Of a stretch of DNA of 64,000 nucleotides, positions 11,950 to 24,662 are shown in pieces. Numbering within the stretch: position 1 is the stretch's first letter; the number at the start of each line of letters is the position of its first letter. The notes below the pieces were generated by a model. It was not told the DNA's origin and did no database searches. It was given only the letters and a program-made list of their open reading frames with translations. Source of the stretch: Rhina ancylostomus (lineage: Eukaryota); the NCBI GenBank assembly GCA_030265395.1, contig JARFYF010000036.1, forward strand, positions 15,597,299-15,661,298, given 5' to 3'. The position numbers and the translations under genes are program-made.

Positions 11950-12810
11950 AGCCGTTCTCACTTAGTGGCAGCATTCTCACTTCTGAGTCAGAAGGTCATA
12001 GGTTCAAATCCCACATCAAAGATATGAACAGTTATTCTAGTCTTGCAATCCAGTGAGGTACTGAGAAAATGCTGCATTACTCTCTTGCAGAGTTAACTTT
12101 AATCTGAGAAACTATCTGCCTTCCTGGGTGGATATAATAGATTGCATGATACCACTCAGGGGAGAGCAGGGCAATGTTTTGGGTGCCCGAGCTAACACTT
12201 AACACTCAAGCAATACCAAAAATGTATTTTTTTGGTGCTTGTAGGAGCTGCTGTTGCAACTTGGCTGCAGTATTTCCTATGCTGCCCAGCTGACATCTGG
12301 AGTGTGATTTTTGGAATGTTATCAGACATCTTCTGCAAAATATATTTACTGAATTGGTGCTGGGGGTTCAAGTTTGTTGAGATACTGGAGAACTATGGGT
12401 ACTTATCTTATAACAGAAAAGATTAAAGTGGAGATTTCCTGAAAGGTTTTGGAAGAGTAAATAAGGAGACACTGTTTCCAGTAGGGGAAGGGTATCAACC
12501 AAGGAAAACAGATTGAAGATAATTGTCAAAACAATGAGAGGTAATGCAAAGAAAATATTTTTATTCAGAGGGCTGTTGAGATCTGAAACACATTGTCTGA
12601 AAAGTTGGAGGAACGAAATTCAATAGTAACATTCAAAGGATTTGGATCAATATTTGAAGGCAAATTTATTGTGGAGAAATAATTAGGAAGTGGTTCCAAT
12701 TAATCTTTGAGGTTTATAGAATGTGTCAGTTTATGATTCTGTGATCACTATTATAATGATACTTTGAGAGAGACAATGAAAGGTGTAGTATAAATGCAAA
12801 TCCTACTTTC
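11950..12810 (+). mobile_element. SacSINE1/DeuSINE-like tRNA-derived SINE interrupted by CR1
   Basis: Head tagtggcagcattctcacttctgagtcagaaggtcataggttcaaatcccac (A/B boxes), Deu-like body to ~12290, tail tgaaaggtgtagtataaatgcaa at ~12775; CR1 fragment ~12330-12750 between them. Confidence 0.75.
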
Positions 12811-14689
12811 CTAGCTGCACACGTCATTATAGAAATACAGATTTATCACTTCTGATTGGGTTCTGGAAGTTCATGGACTATTAGTAGGATTTATATTCAT
12901 TTTCAGGGAATACTCAAAGGTGTTCCTCTTTACTTCCTTACATCATCTGATAGTAAAGCTGAGCAGTAAATCATCTTAAACCTTGAGGTTAACCTTATTC
13001 TTGCCTTTGTGATTATTGTAGATCCCCAATTATATTTTTGGAGCAATTAGCCAAAATAATATCCTGTAATTTTAGTGAGCAGATGTTTATAGAAAGGTAG
13101 TTTGCATATTCTATCCACAAAATTAAGCAAGAGAATGGGAGGATTTTCTCTTTGAGTATCATTGGCCACATTATTGCACTGAAACATGCTTCTTTTTTAA
13201 TTAATAGCTTTCTGTCTGCAAATAATCTTTATTAAATTTCAAGGTAGATCCAAATGCTAAGGACAACATTTATTCCCTGGTTCTGATTACTGACCATGGC
13301 TAAAATTAAAATATTTATTAAGCAATGAGAGCACAGCATAATAAGCTCTTTAAGAGCGCTTTCCTTCACGGGAAATCATCTTGATACAAGGTGAGGTACT
13401 AACACAGAGCCAAAGGAGGCGGTAACTTTGTCTTATCAGATCAGGAGATGGGGTTGGTTGAGAATTGTTTGCAATTGAGTCAAATTGTGTTGCACTTGCA
13501 GATATGAATTTGAAAATAAATGACAAAATGTAAAACAGGAAACAGTCCAGTGAAAAAAATTGCTTTAATGCAATGTGATGAACACAAAAAGGGAGACATT
13601 TTAAGAACAAATTATTTTTTCCATCAAAATCTAACATGAACTGCATACAGTTCAGTATTAGGATACTGTGTTTGTGAAAAAACAGTATAATATGATTTAG
13701 GTCCAAATTAATGTAAGAATTTTAGAATGTTCATGAAGTTTTTAAATTCAAATGGAACTCATTTTATGCTATTGGCAAACAAGATTGCATTTAATTTTGA
13801 GACTGCATAGCCTCCTGTGTCAGAAAAAAGTATTAAATGGTGGGTATCTCCCCTCTTTTTGGAGTGGGGGTTAGGAATTGGAAAGTGTCTGAGAGTGATG
13901 CTTTGGATTTGGTTGACTTGTAAGCACAGGGAAGTCTGATAATGATATCCCTACATTTCTTAGTTCATGCTCAGCCCATTCCAGCCTGTCAACATCCAGA
14001 AATGTACTGGTGCAAATCTCTATTCTGTCATTCAACATTACACCCCATGTAACCAATACAGCCAGAAGGATCTTAAAAGAATTTCAGTTAGCTGAGAAAT
14101 AGCAAATTGCTTGTTATTTATGTGATTATGTTTCATAAACTGGACCATTCAGCTAATTATGAGAGTGAATAAATTCTAAAAAAGAAGCATAATAAATCCC
14201 ATTCGACAGCTTTATCTGATGCAGGCAGATTACAGAGAACAAGACTTGGATGATGAGAATAGTTTGTGTGGTCTTTCTTCCTTCCTGCTTTCTTACATCA
14301 TTAATCTCATTGGTAATTTATTTCACCGGCTTATGCAACATGTGAGTTCGTGATTACTGCAGGAATTATTAACTGATATTGTCCTCAGCAGATATACTAG
14401 TTTCATTGTGGGCATATGATTCCTAATAGAATACTCGTGTATTTCTCTGTGAATGACTGTGATTACTTTATATTGGGTTTGTGTGAAATTGAACAGAGGT
14501 GAGCTTAGAATTCCTACGGAATTATAATGAATGGAAGCTTTGTATTCATTACTACTAGAACTCAATAAACAACTTTTATTTACTTCATAATATTCCTTGT
14601 ATCTGATGTACACATTCAGTCAATTTCTTGGATAACAAGTGGTTAACTGTCAATCAATTACATTCTACGCAAACAGACTGTCATGTACC

Positions 14690-14790
14690 CAGCACTATAT
14701 CAATGACTACACTTCAAAAGTACATCACTGATTGTAACATGCTTTGTAATGATCTGAAGTCATGAAAGTCAATCTATAAATAGAAACTGC
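14690..14790 (+). mobile_element. SacSINE1-like 3' tail
   Basis: tgactacacttcaaaagtacatcactgattgtaa..catgaaagtcaatctataaatag. Confidence 0.7.
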
Positions 14791-15181
14791 TGTTTTAATA
14801 TCATATTTCATATTGACCATCTGACATAAAGATTTGACAGATAGAAAATGGAAATTTCAGTAGGGATAGGGAGTTAACACTGAAATTCCCATTTGCCACT
14901 GTAAATTAACCCCAGTGTCACTTGAACTCACAGGGGCCAGGATGTAGGTTACTCATAGGTTGTTAAGAGGAAGCAGCGAGTGAGGACAAGACTCTTCTGT
15001 CAGGAAGATGTGCCTGTAAATCTACCTTATAGCAGAAAGCTTATAATATATTAAGGAAAGGATGATCAATCCATGAATACTCAAAGAGCTTAGAGCAACT
15101 TCACTGGTAGGTTCCTGATATGTGAACATATATTTGTTTGTTGATGCAGGTAATTATAAAAATGGTATTGTTTTCTTACAG

Positions 15182-15344
15182 CATTCCTCCTCTGCCACCT
15201 CTGGAGTGGCAGCTGCCAAGTGTATCGGGACAATACAAATTGCAAATTGAGATACAGCCTAAACCTCACCATCGAGCACACTATGAAACAGAAGGAAGCC
15301 GTGGCGCAGTTAAGGCTCCCAGTGGTGGTCATCCTGTGGTCCAG
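15182..15344 (+). CDS. NFATC2: NFATC2 exon, start of Rel homology domain ([12 protein letters not shown]...[26 protein letters not shown])
   Basis: ttttcttacag| acceptor and CAG|gtaatg donor; phase 2 in (AC+C), phase 0 out; [11 protein letters not shown]-recognition loop. Confidence 0.97.
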
Positions 15345-15489
15345 GTAATGCATTTAATTATTATATTTGATCCTACTTGGTACTTGGGAGAGAGTTCCTC
15401 CTGCAAGCACAATATTTGCCGGCATTGTGAAAGCTTAGTCAGTGAGTATATTCAAAATGGTGGTCAATAAGTTCATGGATTATTATAAG

Positions 15490-15648
15490 TGATATATAAT
15501 GTTTAATTTATGTTAATTTTATGTTAACTTATGTTTGTCTAGTCTTGTAACGTACTGTGCTGCTGCTGAAAATAAGCTAATTTTCATGGCATTTATACCA
15601 TGTGTATGTATGCCTATGACAACAATAAACTTGAACTTGAAAAACTTG
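15490..15648 (+). mobile_element. Rex1/Babar-like LINE 3' tail
   Basis: ttttcatggcatttata..tgacaacaataaacttgaacttga with AACTTG-repeat tail. Confidence 0.55.
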
Positions 15649-15869
15649 GATGCTTGAGGTATTAAGGAATATGGGATAGTTTGGGGTAGGTAGAAGTGGA
15701 AGATCAGCTATGATTTTATTGAAGGGGGCTGAAAAGGCAAATGACCTGTACCTGCTTCTAGTAAAACTGTTCAGAACTTTGATTGAAGCAGATATTTGAC
15801 TCTATTTCTCTCTGTTTATAGTTTAGGATTAATTTTGCTAAAAAGTCAAGGGACACTTTAAGCTATAGA

Positions 15870-16442
15870 AAGTTAGGCCACATCTGGAGTATTACATTCA
15901 GTTCTGGTTGCCCCATTATAGGAAGGATGTGGAGGCTTTGGAGAGGGTGCAGAAGAGGTTTACCAAGATGCTGCCTGGATTAGANNNNNNNNNNNNNNNN
16001 NNNNNNNNNNNNNNNNNNNNNNNNNNNNNNNNNNNNNNNNNNNNNNNNNNNNNNNNNNNNNNNNNNNNNNNNNNNNNNNNNNNNNNNNNNNNNNNNNNNN
16101 NNNNNNNNNNNNNNNNNNNNNNNNNNNNNNNNNNNNNNNNNNNNNNNNNNNNNNNNNNNNNNNNNNNNNNNNNNNNNNNNNNNNNNNNNNNNNNNNNNNN
16201 NNNNNNNNNNNNNNNNNNNNNNNNNNNNNNNNNNNNNNNNNNNNNNNNNNNNNNNNNNNNNNNNNNNNNNNNNNNNNNNNNNNNNNNNNNNNNNNNNNNN
16301 NNNNNNNNNNNNNNGGATATGGACATTGTGTAGGCAGAAGGGATTAGTTTAGTTGGGCATTTTATTACTAATGTAATTGGTTTGGCACAACATTGTGAGC
16401 TGAAGGGCCTGTTCCTGCGCTGTACTGTTCTATGTTCCATGA
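15870..16442 (+). mobile_element. CR1 LINE 3' end spanning an N gap
   Basis: PHYRKDVEALERVQKRFTKMLPGL and tail gaagggcctgttcctgcgctgtactgttctatgttc. Confidence 0.9.
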
Positions 16443-16444
16443 TA

Positions 16445-16630
16445 CATGAAATGCTGGAAATACTCTGCTGATCAGATAGCATATGTGGAGAAGAGAAGCA
16501 GAATGATTACTTCATCTGGATGTAAGAACTAGGAATTGTTATAAATAAACAGGTTTTAAATTACTGAGGACAGTGGAGTGGAGGAGAGAACAAAAGGGAA
16601 ATTCCAAGAACGGGAGTAAATTGGATAAAA
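16445..16630 (-). repeat. Single arm of the Penelope-terminus-like element
   Basis: aaatgctggaaatactc..cagatagcatatgtggagaagag resembles left arms of the palindromic copies. Confidence 0.55.
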
Positions 16631-16639
16631 GGGGTGTTA

Positions 16640-17570
16640 GTTTAATTTGGGAAACTGGACATTAACAAAGGGGCACTGCACGTACGCATTCAAAACGGTG
16701 CCATTTGGGGCTGAGACTGGGGATGCAGGGAGAGAGAGCTGGCAGTTCTCGGCTGAGTCGGGTACTCTGATTGTGTCGTCCGACTGGAATCAGGGAAGCG
16801 ATAGTGGAGGGATCGGGGAGAGCAGTGAGCTGGGCTAGATTGGTGATCAGGCCAGCTACAGAGTGGTTTGGGGAACAGAGATGAATTTGATTAGGTTGTT
16901 GATCAGCTAGTGGTAAGCAGCTAGTAGTGGTCAGGGATGGTGGGGTGTGCAGTGCATCGGATTGGGTTTGTGATCCAAATCTGGGACTGCTGGGACACAG
17001 TGGTGGTTGGGGCAGAGGGGTAGGAGGACCAGGGTCTGGGGTCCGGTTGATGATCAGGTAGGTAGCCATTTTGGGAAATAGGGAAACAATCAGCATCCAG
17101 TTTTGGGTCAACTTGGTGATCAAGTAAACAGGTATCTTGCAGGTGGGTGGGATCAGGACTGGGGACTAGTATTAGGTTAGCTTTGGTGATCAGGTGTGGA
17201 TGGAGATCAGGATCTCCATAAAAGGCCTTGGGAGATTGCTGAGTTGTGGGTAAGAAGATGGTTATGTGTGGGGAGTCAGGACCTGAGTTGATTGCAGGTT
17301 TTGGAGCAGATTGGTGGCTTTGGGGACTGGGTTCTGGGCTGGGCTGGTCAACAGTTTAGAGGAGTGATAATAGATAGGTCAGTACCAGGGCAGGGGTGTT
17401 GAAGGTTAAACGTTTAGTGTGGGGCTACCTTCATAGGATCCAAGTGCAGTGTTGCACTATGAAAGTCGAGTTGACCAGTGGGTGCCTACAATGATCTAAA
17501 TTTGATACCCCAGACATGAAAAATTATGTCTGGGAATGCCCGGGAGAATTTCAGGAGTGACCTGAAATTA
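16640..17570. repeat. G-skewed low-complexity element ending in two 9-bp hairpins
   Basis: Recurrent gggatc/gatcag units; stems cccagacat/atgtctggg (17509-17534) and aatttcagg/cctgaaatt (17547-17569). Confidence 0.5.
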
Positions 17571-17614
17571 GTCATTATTGCATTTTAGTTGGCTGCAAGC
17601 ACATCTTTCAATTG

Positions 17615-18240
17615 TCATAGTGTCAAACAGCAGAGAAACAGGCCCTTTAGCCCACCATGTCCATGTCAGCTGTCAAGTACCTATCTGTACTAAACCCCTT
17701 TACCAGCGCTTGGTCTGTAGCCTACAATGCCTTGGTGATTCAAGTGCTAGTGGGATGCTTTTTAAATATTGTGAGAGTACCTGCCTCCACCTCCTTCTTT
17801 GGTAATGTTTTCCAGATTGCAAACACTCTCTGGGTTAGATTCTTACATAGATCCCCTCAAAACTTCTTACTCCTCATCTTAAGCCGATTCCTCTGGTCCT
17901 AGATGCCTCTGCCAGTTTCTTACTATCTACCCTATCTATATCTCTCAGAATTTTGTATGTCTTGTCAAGTCTCCTGTCAGCCTCTTCAGCTTCAAGGAAA
18001 ACAAACTCAGTCTATCCGACTGAAACGCTCCATCCCTGGCAACATCCTGGTGAATCTTCTCTGCGTCTTCTCCAGTACAATCACGTCTTTTCTGTAGTGT
18101 GGGAATCAGAACTGCGCACAATATTCTAGCTGTAACCTAACCAATGTTTTATAAAGTCACACCTGAATTTTCCTGCTATTATACTCTTATGAAGACAAGT
18201 ATCCCATATGCCTTCTTCATCACCCTATCTACCTGCACTG
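17615..18240 (-). mobile_element. CR1 LINE 3' end
   Basis: catccctggcaacatcctggtgaatcttctctgc..tctccagtacaatcacgtc (reverse ERVQRRFTRMLPG) plus reversed tail. Confidence 0.85.
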
Positions 18241-18244
18241 TCAC

Positions 18245-18540
18245 TGAAATGAATGTGCTGCACAATCCTCATGCCCTCATTCTGTGGCAGCCCATTGTGC
18301 AATCTGCAAACCAAAGGGCGACTGTGATACATGAGGTTGTCCAGGGATCACATGACCTGTTACTTTGAGTGCAATTCACACATACTTGAATGACAAACAC
18401 ACAGTGAAAGGCTACCACACATAATGCTGACTGGACCACTGTGGAGGACACCAGCAGCGTTTGTCAGAGTGAGTCATGATTAGTGACAGTCTGTTGCATT
18501 GTGTGCTACCTGACAGGAACTTGCTGCATAGCCTAGAGAC
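18245..18540 (+). mobile_element. Possible third Harbinger transposase fragment
   Basis: Weak matches only (HNADWTTVEDT resembling YN.AH..TR..VE.T; VCCIV). Confidence 0.35.
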
Positions 18541-20764
18541 CATTGATTTTAGCCGCTGAACAATGCTATAATATTCTTCTTCCATTAGCAAAATGTTCTG
18601 ATGTTTCTATGGCATCTCCATTACCTGGATTTCTATAGTATTTGGTTGCCCTTTCATGTTTTTTTTTGCTTGTGGGCTGCACATGAGCTGGGTTCACATC
18701 CTTCGACTGCAGTCTGTGGTTTCTTCATCTTGCTGCGTCTTCCTCTTTTTTTTTGGTTCTGGTCAGAAGTCACAACCTTCTGCAAACACAAGGCATGTAT
18801 AATCTTAAACAAACCAGCATTGATTTTAAGCAACTGAAAACAATGTTATCGCAATTAGCTCTTAAAGCCTTTTTTAAAAATAATATTCAATGTGTATGAG
18901 GATTATTACTGAATTACTTCTGAAACACTTCAGTCTGAGATATGAAAATGGGTGGCAACAGAAGTATTGTATTTCCTGGTAAAGTGATGGTGTTATAGTG
19001 TAGTGTGCACATACTTGCATTTGTGAAATGTAGTGGTCAGGGGAAGAGGAGGTAAGATCACGTGTGAAACAGGAAGTCGTCAGTGAAGGGATGAGGAAAC
19101 AAAACTAGAAGCGTTCAAGGTGAAAAGGATTTGTGAATGTAGACACACAGAATGATAAGTAGAGGTGTCAAAGAATGGAATTTGAAAATAAATAATGATC
19201 TTCTGACTTCTTTTTACCATTTTCTGTTGTTAATAACAATGAAGAAAAATCAGCATAGGATGTATCATAAAAACATGACAAAGTTTGGTTTGTGTTGATA
19301 ATTCAGCAAAACAATCATATCATTATAACAAATAGCCATAACAAATTAAATACATTTTTCATCACAAAATGGTATCAAGTATCTTTGCAGTGTTCTTAAC
19401 ATTCTAAAGTGCTTCACAGGTAAAAATTGATCCTGAACTTGGAGCAGATGCCCAAAAATGCTTGGTTAATGATAGTGTCTTGAAGAGGGACAATGTAGTA
19501 GATAGTTTGGGGAACAAAGTTCAGGGCTTGGGGCCTAAATGGCTGAAGGGATGCTAGGGAGCAATGCTTAATTCCTCAGTCTTTTTGGAATCCGCAATAA
19601 TTTGACTCAAAGCTAAGTGCCCTGGAACTCAGCTAAGGCGGCACTGAGAAACAAATTTGGAAGCAGTCACAACAATTTTTGGTGTTTATCCCAGCAGACA
19701 AAGAAAATCTTTACACATGCTTTCCATCAATTCCTTCAGTGCAAGGAATAATGGAAGAAACAACTGAGGAAGTATTTTATTTATATATTGTTAGCTTTAC
19801 ATATACTTTTGCACCCTTTCTTCTGTTCTTTCTCTGCCCCCAACGTTAATATTCCCCTTTTAGCCATGTCAGCAATGTTGGAAACAGATACCTTATGTAG
19901 TGCCACCCTCCTCAGTGACATCATAAAATGCAAACATCTGCCCTGCGGGTCCCAGTTCTCTGACTTCAGCTTTGTAAATCAGCATAAATTTGGCTATGCT
20001 TGGATATAATTTTATCCCATCAATGAAAAGGCTAAAACTGTCTCAGATATGAAAGAAGAAGCAAATGCTGTACATTTTTGCCAGTCTCTAAGTCTTCATG
20101 AGCTTTTGTGTTTTGTTTCTTAAGCATTAGTAAAACTGCTGTGCTTTGTGATCTAAATGTTGCATGCAAGTCAATACTTCTGACTTAGTCTTTTAATAAA
20201 AGAACATCACAGCAAATCACATCATAGTTTACTGAATGTTTAACTCCTTTGTTTTCTATAATGCCATTTTCTTCTCATAATAGCTGCTCTAGCCTGTCTT
20301 GCATTTATCTCTCTCATGATTACTTTTTTAAAATTTAGAACTCTATGTTTTTCTTGACTTTCCGTTTCTAGCTTTTATAATCTGTTAATTCTGTAAAGTT
20401 TGCAGCCCACACATTGCCAGAAACGTAGATGGTAAATAGGATGCGCCATTAGGCCCAAAATCATTCGAAGTGTGGGTTGTGCCGATGTCATTGGCAAGAA
20501 ATGAGAGTTGCCTAAAAGGTGGAAATTTTTTGTCACTTGGCGCTGGGACTTTGAAATTGCTGTAAAATATGATTAACCCCGTCAGAACTGAAATTCCTGC
20601 AAACATCACTGCAACCTATGCATTTCTTTGATTAGATATCTGCAGAGTTTGTCATAAAATTGCAAGCTGATTTTGTTTTAGCTCAACAATTCCATTCCGC
20701 CCTCCCCACCTAAGCTTGGTGATTCATTTTGGAATGTAAGTTCCCTTACTGCTCCTTAAGTAAA

Positions 20765-20960
20765 GACAGAGAATGCTGGAGATACTCAGCAGGTCAGGTG
20801 GTATCTGTGGAGAAAGAAAAAGAGTCAACATTTCAGGCTGATGGCCTTTCAACAGAATTTACTTGAAACATTAACTCTGCTCAGATCCGTTTGACCTACT
20901 GAGTGCTTCCAGCATGTTCTGCTTTTATTTCAGATTTCCATTCTCAGCAGTTTATTGCTT
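20765..20960. repeat. Palindromic Penelope-terminus-like element, copy B
   Basis: gaatgctggagatactcagcaggtcag..gagtcaacatttcag versus tgaaacattaactc..tgacctactgagtgcttccagcat. Confidence 0.8.
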
Positions 20961-23900
20961 TTCACCTCCCTGAGTTTTGCTTTATTCCTGTAGCAGTTTA
21001 ACAATATGTGTTAGCAGCAGGTTTTGTCATGGTGGGGAGAAAGCCAAGGCCATCCATGGCCTCATTTGAGGTACGTTTGTACTTTCCTGCTGGAGTCCTA
21101 GTCACAGCAAATGAACAGCAGGAACCTGGGATAGAACAATGTAGCACTCAGCTAAAATTACTCATTTCACATTTTCTAGTTCTTGAAAGTAGAAATGAAA
21201 TTACTGCACCTTTCCTCACATTTGGATTAGTTCACTATGAATTGTTTAAAACGATCTTACTGATGAACTAGAATAATTGATGACACCAGAAAAAACAGCC
21301 AAAGAAAACTGCATTTTTTTATACAACATGTACATTTTGTAAGTCATTTCTTCCTCTTCCTTTTGTTTGGCTCTTGATCTCTATGCCTGTCAGACAAATC
21401 AGAACTATGACCTCCTCCAAAAACTCACTATAACCACTTTGAAACCACCTGCTTGGGAGTATGGAAGACTGATCCCAAAACAGTGACTCCCATAAGTTTT
21501 GCATCTGGCTTCCACTTAGTGGTTTCTAGCAGGGTCCCAACAACATTTAGGAAGTCATCCCTGGAGTGATTTTATGTATCATTACAGGTGACGTAAATGT
21601 AATTTGGCTCCCTCATAATCCGCATTAGGATATTTTAAAAGGATCTTTTTATTATTCTAAGACTGAATTCAGAGTCAAAATCAGAGCGATTCAAGCAGCA
21701 AAAACCTCATTATCTCTCTGTTCCACAGTCGCCTTTCACTAACAAAGTTTAATGAAAGAATAACTTGTTTCACAAAAAGTCAGACACAAAGCTAGGGACT
21801 ATTATCCTTGGATTTCATGAAATATGATAGGAAGTTATTTTTGGCTCATTGGTAAAGGTGAGGCCAAATACCTTTTGTTGAGTTCATATTTTTGTCCCAT
21901 GGAATTAATTTATTCAAAGGGCATTCTTAGACACATGCCATTGGAAAATGGCTCCTTTAAAGCTGTGTGAATATTATCACCAATGTTAGGTTTGTGTTAC
22001 AGAAACCACACACACCAGATTCTCGCAAATAATAGGCCATGAAGAACAGAGGAATGTGACAGAAACCCCAGCCCATAGACCAGCTTAAATAGCTAACTAT
22101 AACATACTCACTGTTTTAAGAAATATAATAAAAAAGGCTCCTGAGGAGCCCTGGTTATTTTAAGTAGAAGTTGATTGAGACCCAATGATAAACAAACCCT
22201 GATAATCTTAATGTAGAGCCACTTAGATGATGTCAGATCAAACATTTCACAGGAATGCAGATTGGCCCATATTTCCTGTGCCCACTTTATAAAAGAGTTA
22301 TCCAGCCCCCTGCTCACTTCCCATAGTTTTTTTATCAAATTACTTATGTAATTTCCTTTGTCGATTATGTGTCATCATCCTTTCAAGCATTGCATTGCAG
22401 ATCACAACCAAACACCTCATAAGAATAATCTGTTGAGCTCACCTTTAATGTTTCTGTGCCATTTACCATTTTTGCTACTCTGTGATAAAGCATGAAAGAT
22501 TCCTGAAAGGACTGAAGCTAGAAACTGTGGCTTGTAGGTATAGGTACACTATATCATCATGGTCATTGCACAAAGTATCAATGACTATTGTCTGCTGCTG
22601 AAAGCTTTGGTAGTACCTGTCATATTACACTTTCTCACTCATGAAAATGTATTGTCCAAGATTAAGGCTAAGTCTGTTGAGTGCCATTGCTGTCACTGTT
22701 GGGCTGGCAATGGGTTAGGTGCCAAGAGATCAGGTCGGTAATCAGAATCAAGGTATTTGGAATGATAGGTTGGGGAGGGAGTGGAATTTTGGGAAATGAC
22801 ACCTCCATTGAGGGGACCGGATGACAAGGATCTTGTGAAATTTGAGGAGGAGGATACTGGTGGAATTTGACTGTTGGGAATCGGGCTATTAGGTACTTGA
22901 GGCATTGGAGTGGTCTAGCCTTGGCCAATTGGGGGGAATATCAGAGAATGACGTTGAAGATTTGGTTCCATACAGGGGTTATTGAAGATTGAGAATAGAA
23001 GGTAAATAGTCAGTGATATGTTTCACTCTGTCCAAAGTTAATTTTCAATCATGTATCATTAAAATAAATAGCACTGCACTATCTGATTTATAGCCCCTTG
23101 TCTGATTAACCAGAAGATATTGGCACTGGTGATGAATCATAGCTCAGTACTGTCACATCTCTCAAATCCATCTGTATTTTAGAAAGAACATTTTGCTTTG
23201 GCATAACTTTGATTATTTCAACTTCGTTGCTCTGATGAAGGATTCAAAGTTACAGTTTACAAGACAGATTTCCTTTTTTATTACTGCAGTTTAACTAGTT
23301 CCAATGTTATAGCTATACTGCTGAATCTTGTAAGGGCCAAGAACAAAAATGGTTTAAAACTCCGCATTTGTATAGATGTACCATATACAGTGAAGCAGCT
23401 CTTAGTAATATAGTTCTCCTGAAGTTCACATGCCCACATCATTATATTCTGCTGGGTAGTACTTTGCAAGTCAGTTTCTCCCCAACCTCTTGTGAACAGT
23501 GCCAGCTCCACCTTCATATCTTCCCATATAAATGGAAGAACTTCACCAGATGTTTTAATTTGAGTGATTGGATGAACTACCAACATGTACTACGATTAGT
23601 AGGAGGATTTAGCAATTGAAGAGCAGGATTAATCCACAGACCCATTTAGCCTGAGCTGGAATTAAAGGCAAAAAGATATTAAATCTTTTAATGCTGAATA
23701 AGAATTATATGATTGTTAGATCTTTAAATTAAGAACTGATCATACTTTATTTTTAATAATTGCAAACTACAGTACTGACATTGTTCAGATATTGGACTTG
23801 AGAATTCAAAGGACACTGATGCTTTTATCTCAATTTCCACATTGTATCTATCACACAGAGATATTCAGCAATGTAATTATTCAAGAGCAATGCAGCATGT

Positions 23901-24039
23901 GATTTTAAACTCAGTCCTAAAGTATTATACATTTGTTTTTTACCATGATGAAGTTCCCTGGAGAGGAACAGAAATCAACAGTAGCAGATAAAAATAAATG
24001 TAGCTCTTTTGCAAGTTATTTGCATCATGTTTTTACATT

Positions 24040-24245
24040 GCTAAGGCAACACCCACACAAACCTAACTGTAGTAATGTGTTCAATTCTGGACACTGCATA
24101 TTAGAAAAGGAGTTGAAAGCTTTGGAGTGGATACTATAAGAGATAAAGAGATTTACTACAATGTTTCCAGCCTTGGGTAGACAGGAAAAAGCGGGGATAT
24201 TCTCCTTAGAAGAGAGAAGGCACAGAGGAGGTTTGACAGAAAGAA
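24040..24245 (+). mobile_element. Old CR1 fragment
   Basis: CVQFWTLH/ALEWI-type CR1 ORF2 C-terminal remnants; likely tail at ~24775-24935. Confidence 0.6.
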
Positions 24246-24249
24246 AAGG

Positions 24250-24662
24250 CTTGGATTTATGTTGCATCTTTTACAATTGCAGAATGTTCCATGGCACATG
24301 AAAGCCAATCATAATCATAGCCAATGAAATGTTTATGAAGTGTAGTTGCTGTTGTAATAGAGGAAATTTAGTAAGCAATTTGTTCACAGCAAACTTGTAC
24401 AAATGGAAACATGATAATTATCAGATGATCTCTTTTAATAATGTTGATTAGGGACAAATATTGGCCAGAATGCTGGGAATAGTTCCCCAAGCTTCTTCAA
24501 AAAAATTACCATGAGGTAATTAATCTTCACTCAATAGAGCAGAGAGCAAGTGGGGTCTGAGTTTATTATTTAATCTGAAAGTCAATGTGTTCAGTTTATG
24601 CGTGGGGCTTGAGCCCACAACCTTCCAATTCAGAAGCAAGAATGCTACCAGCTGAACTATGA
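24250..24662 (-). mobile_element. Near full-length SacSINE1/DeuSINE-like SINE
   Basis: Reversed tRNA head gggcttgagcccacaaccttccaattcagaagcaagaatgctaccagctga, Deu core atgttgattagggacaaatattggccag, tail gaagtgtagttgctgttgtaat. Confidence 0.8.

Noticed and set aside
11960-12015. tRNA gene
   Set aside because: A/B-box-like sequence is the head of a SINE and continues into SINE body; no complete cloverleaf.
15135-15156. tgcag|gtaatt as a recursive splice site or alternative acceptor
   Set aside because: Only 32 nt from the true acceptor, would frameshift, and has a weak pyrimidine tract.
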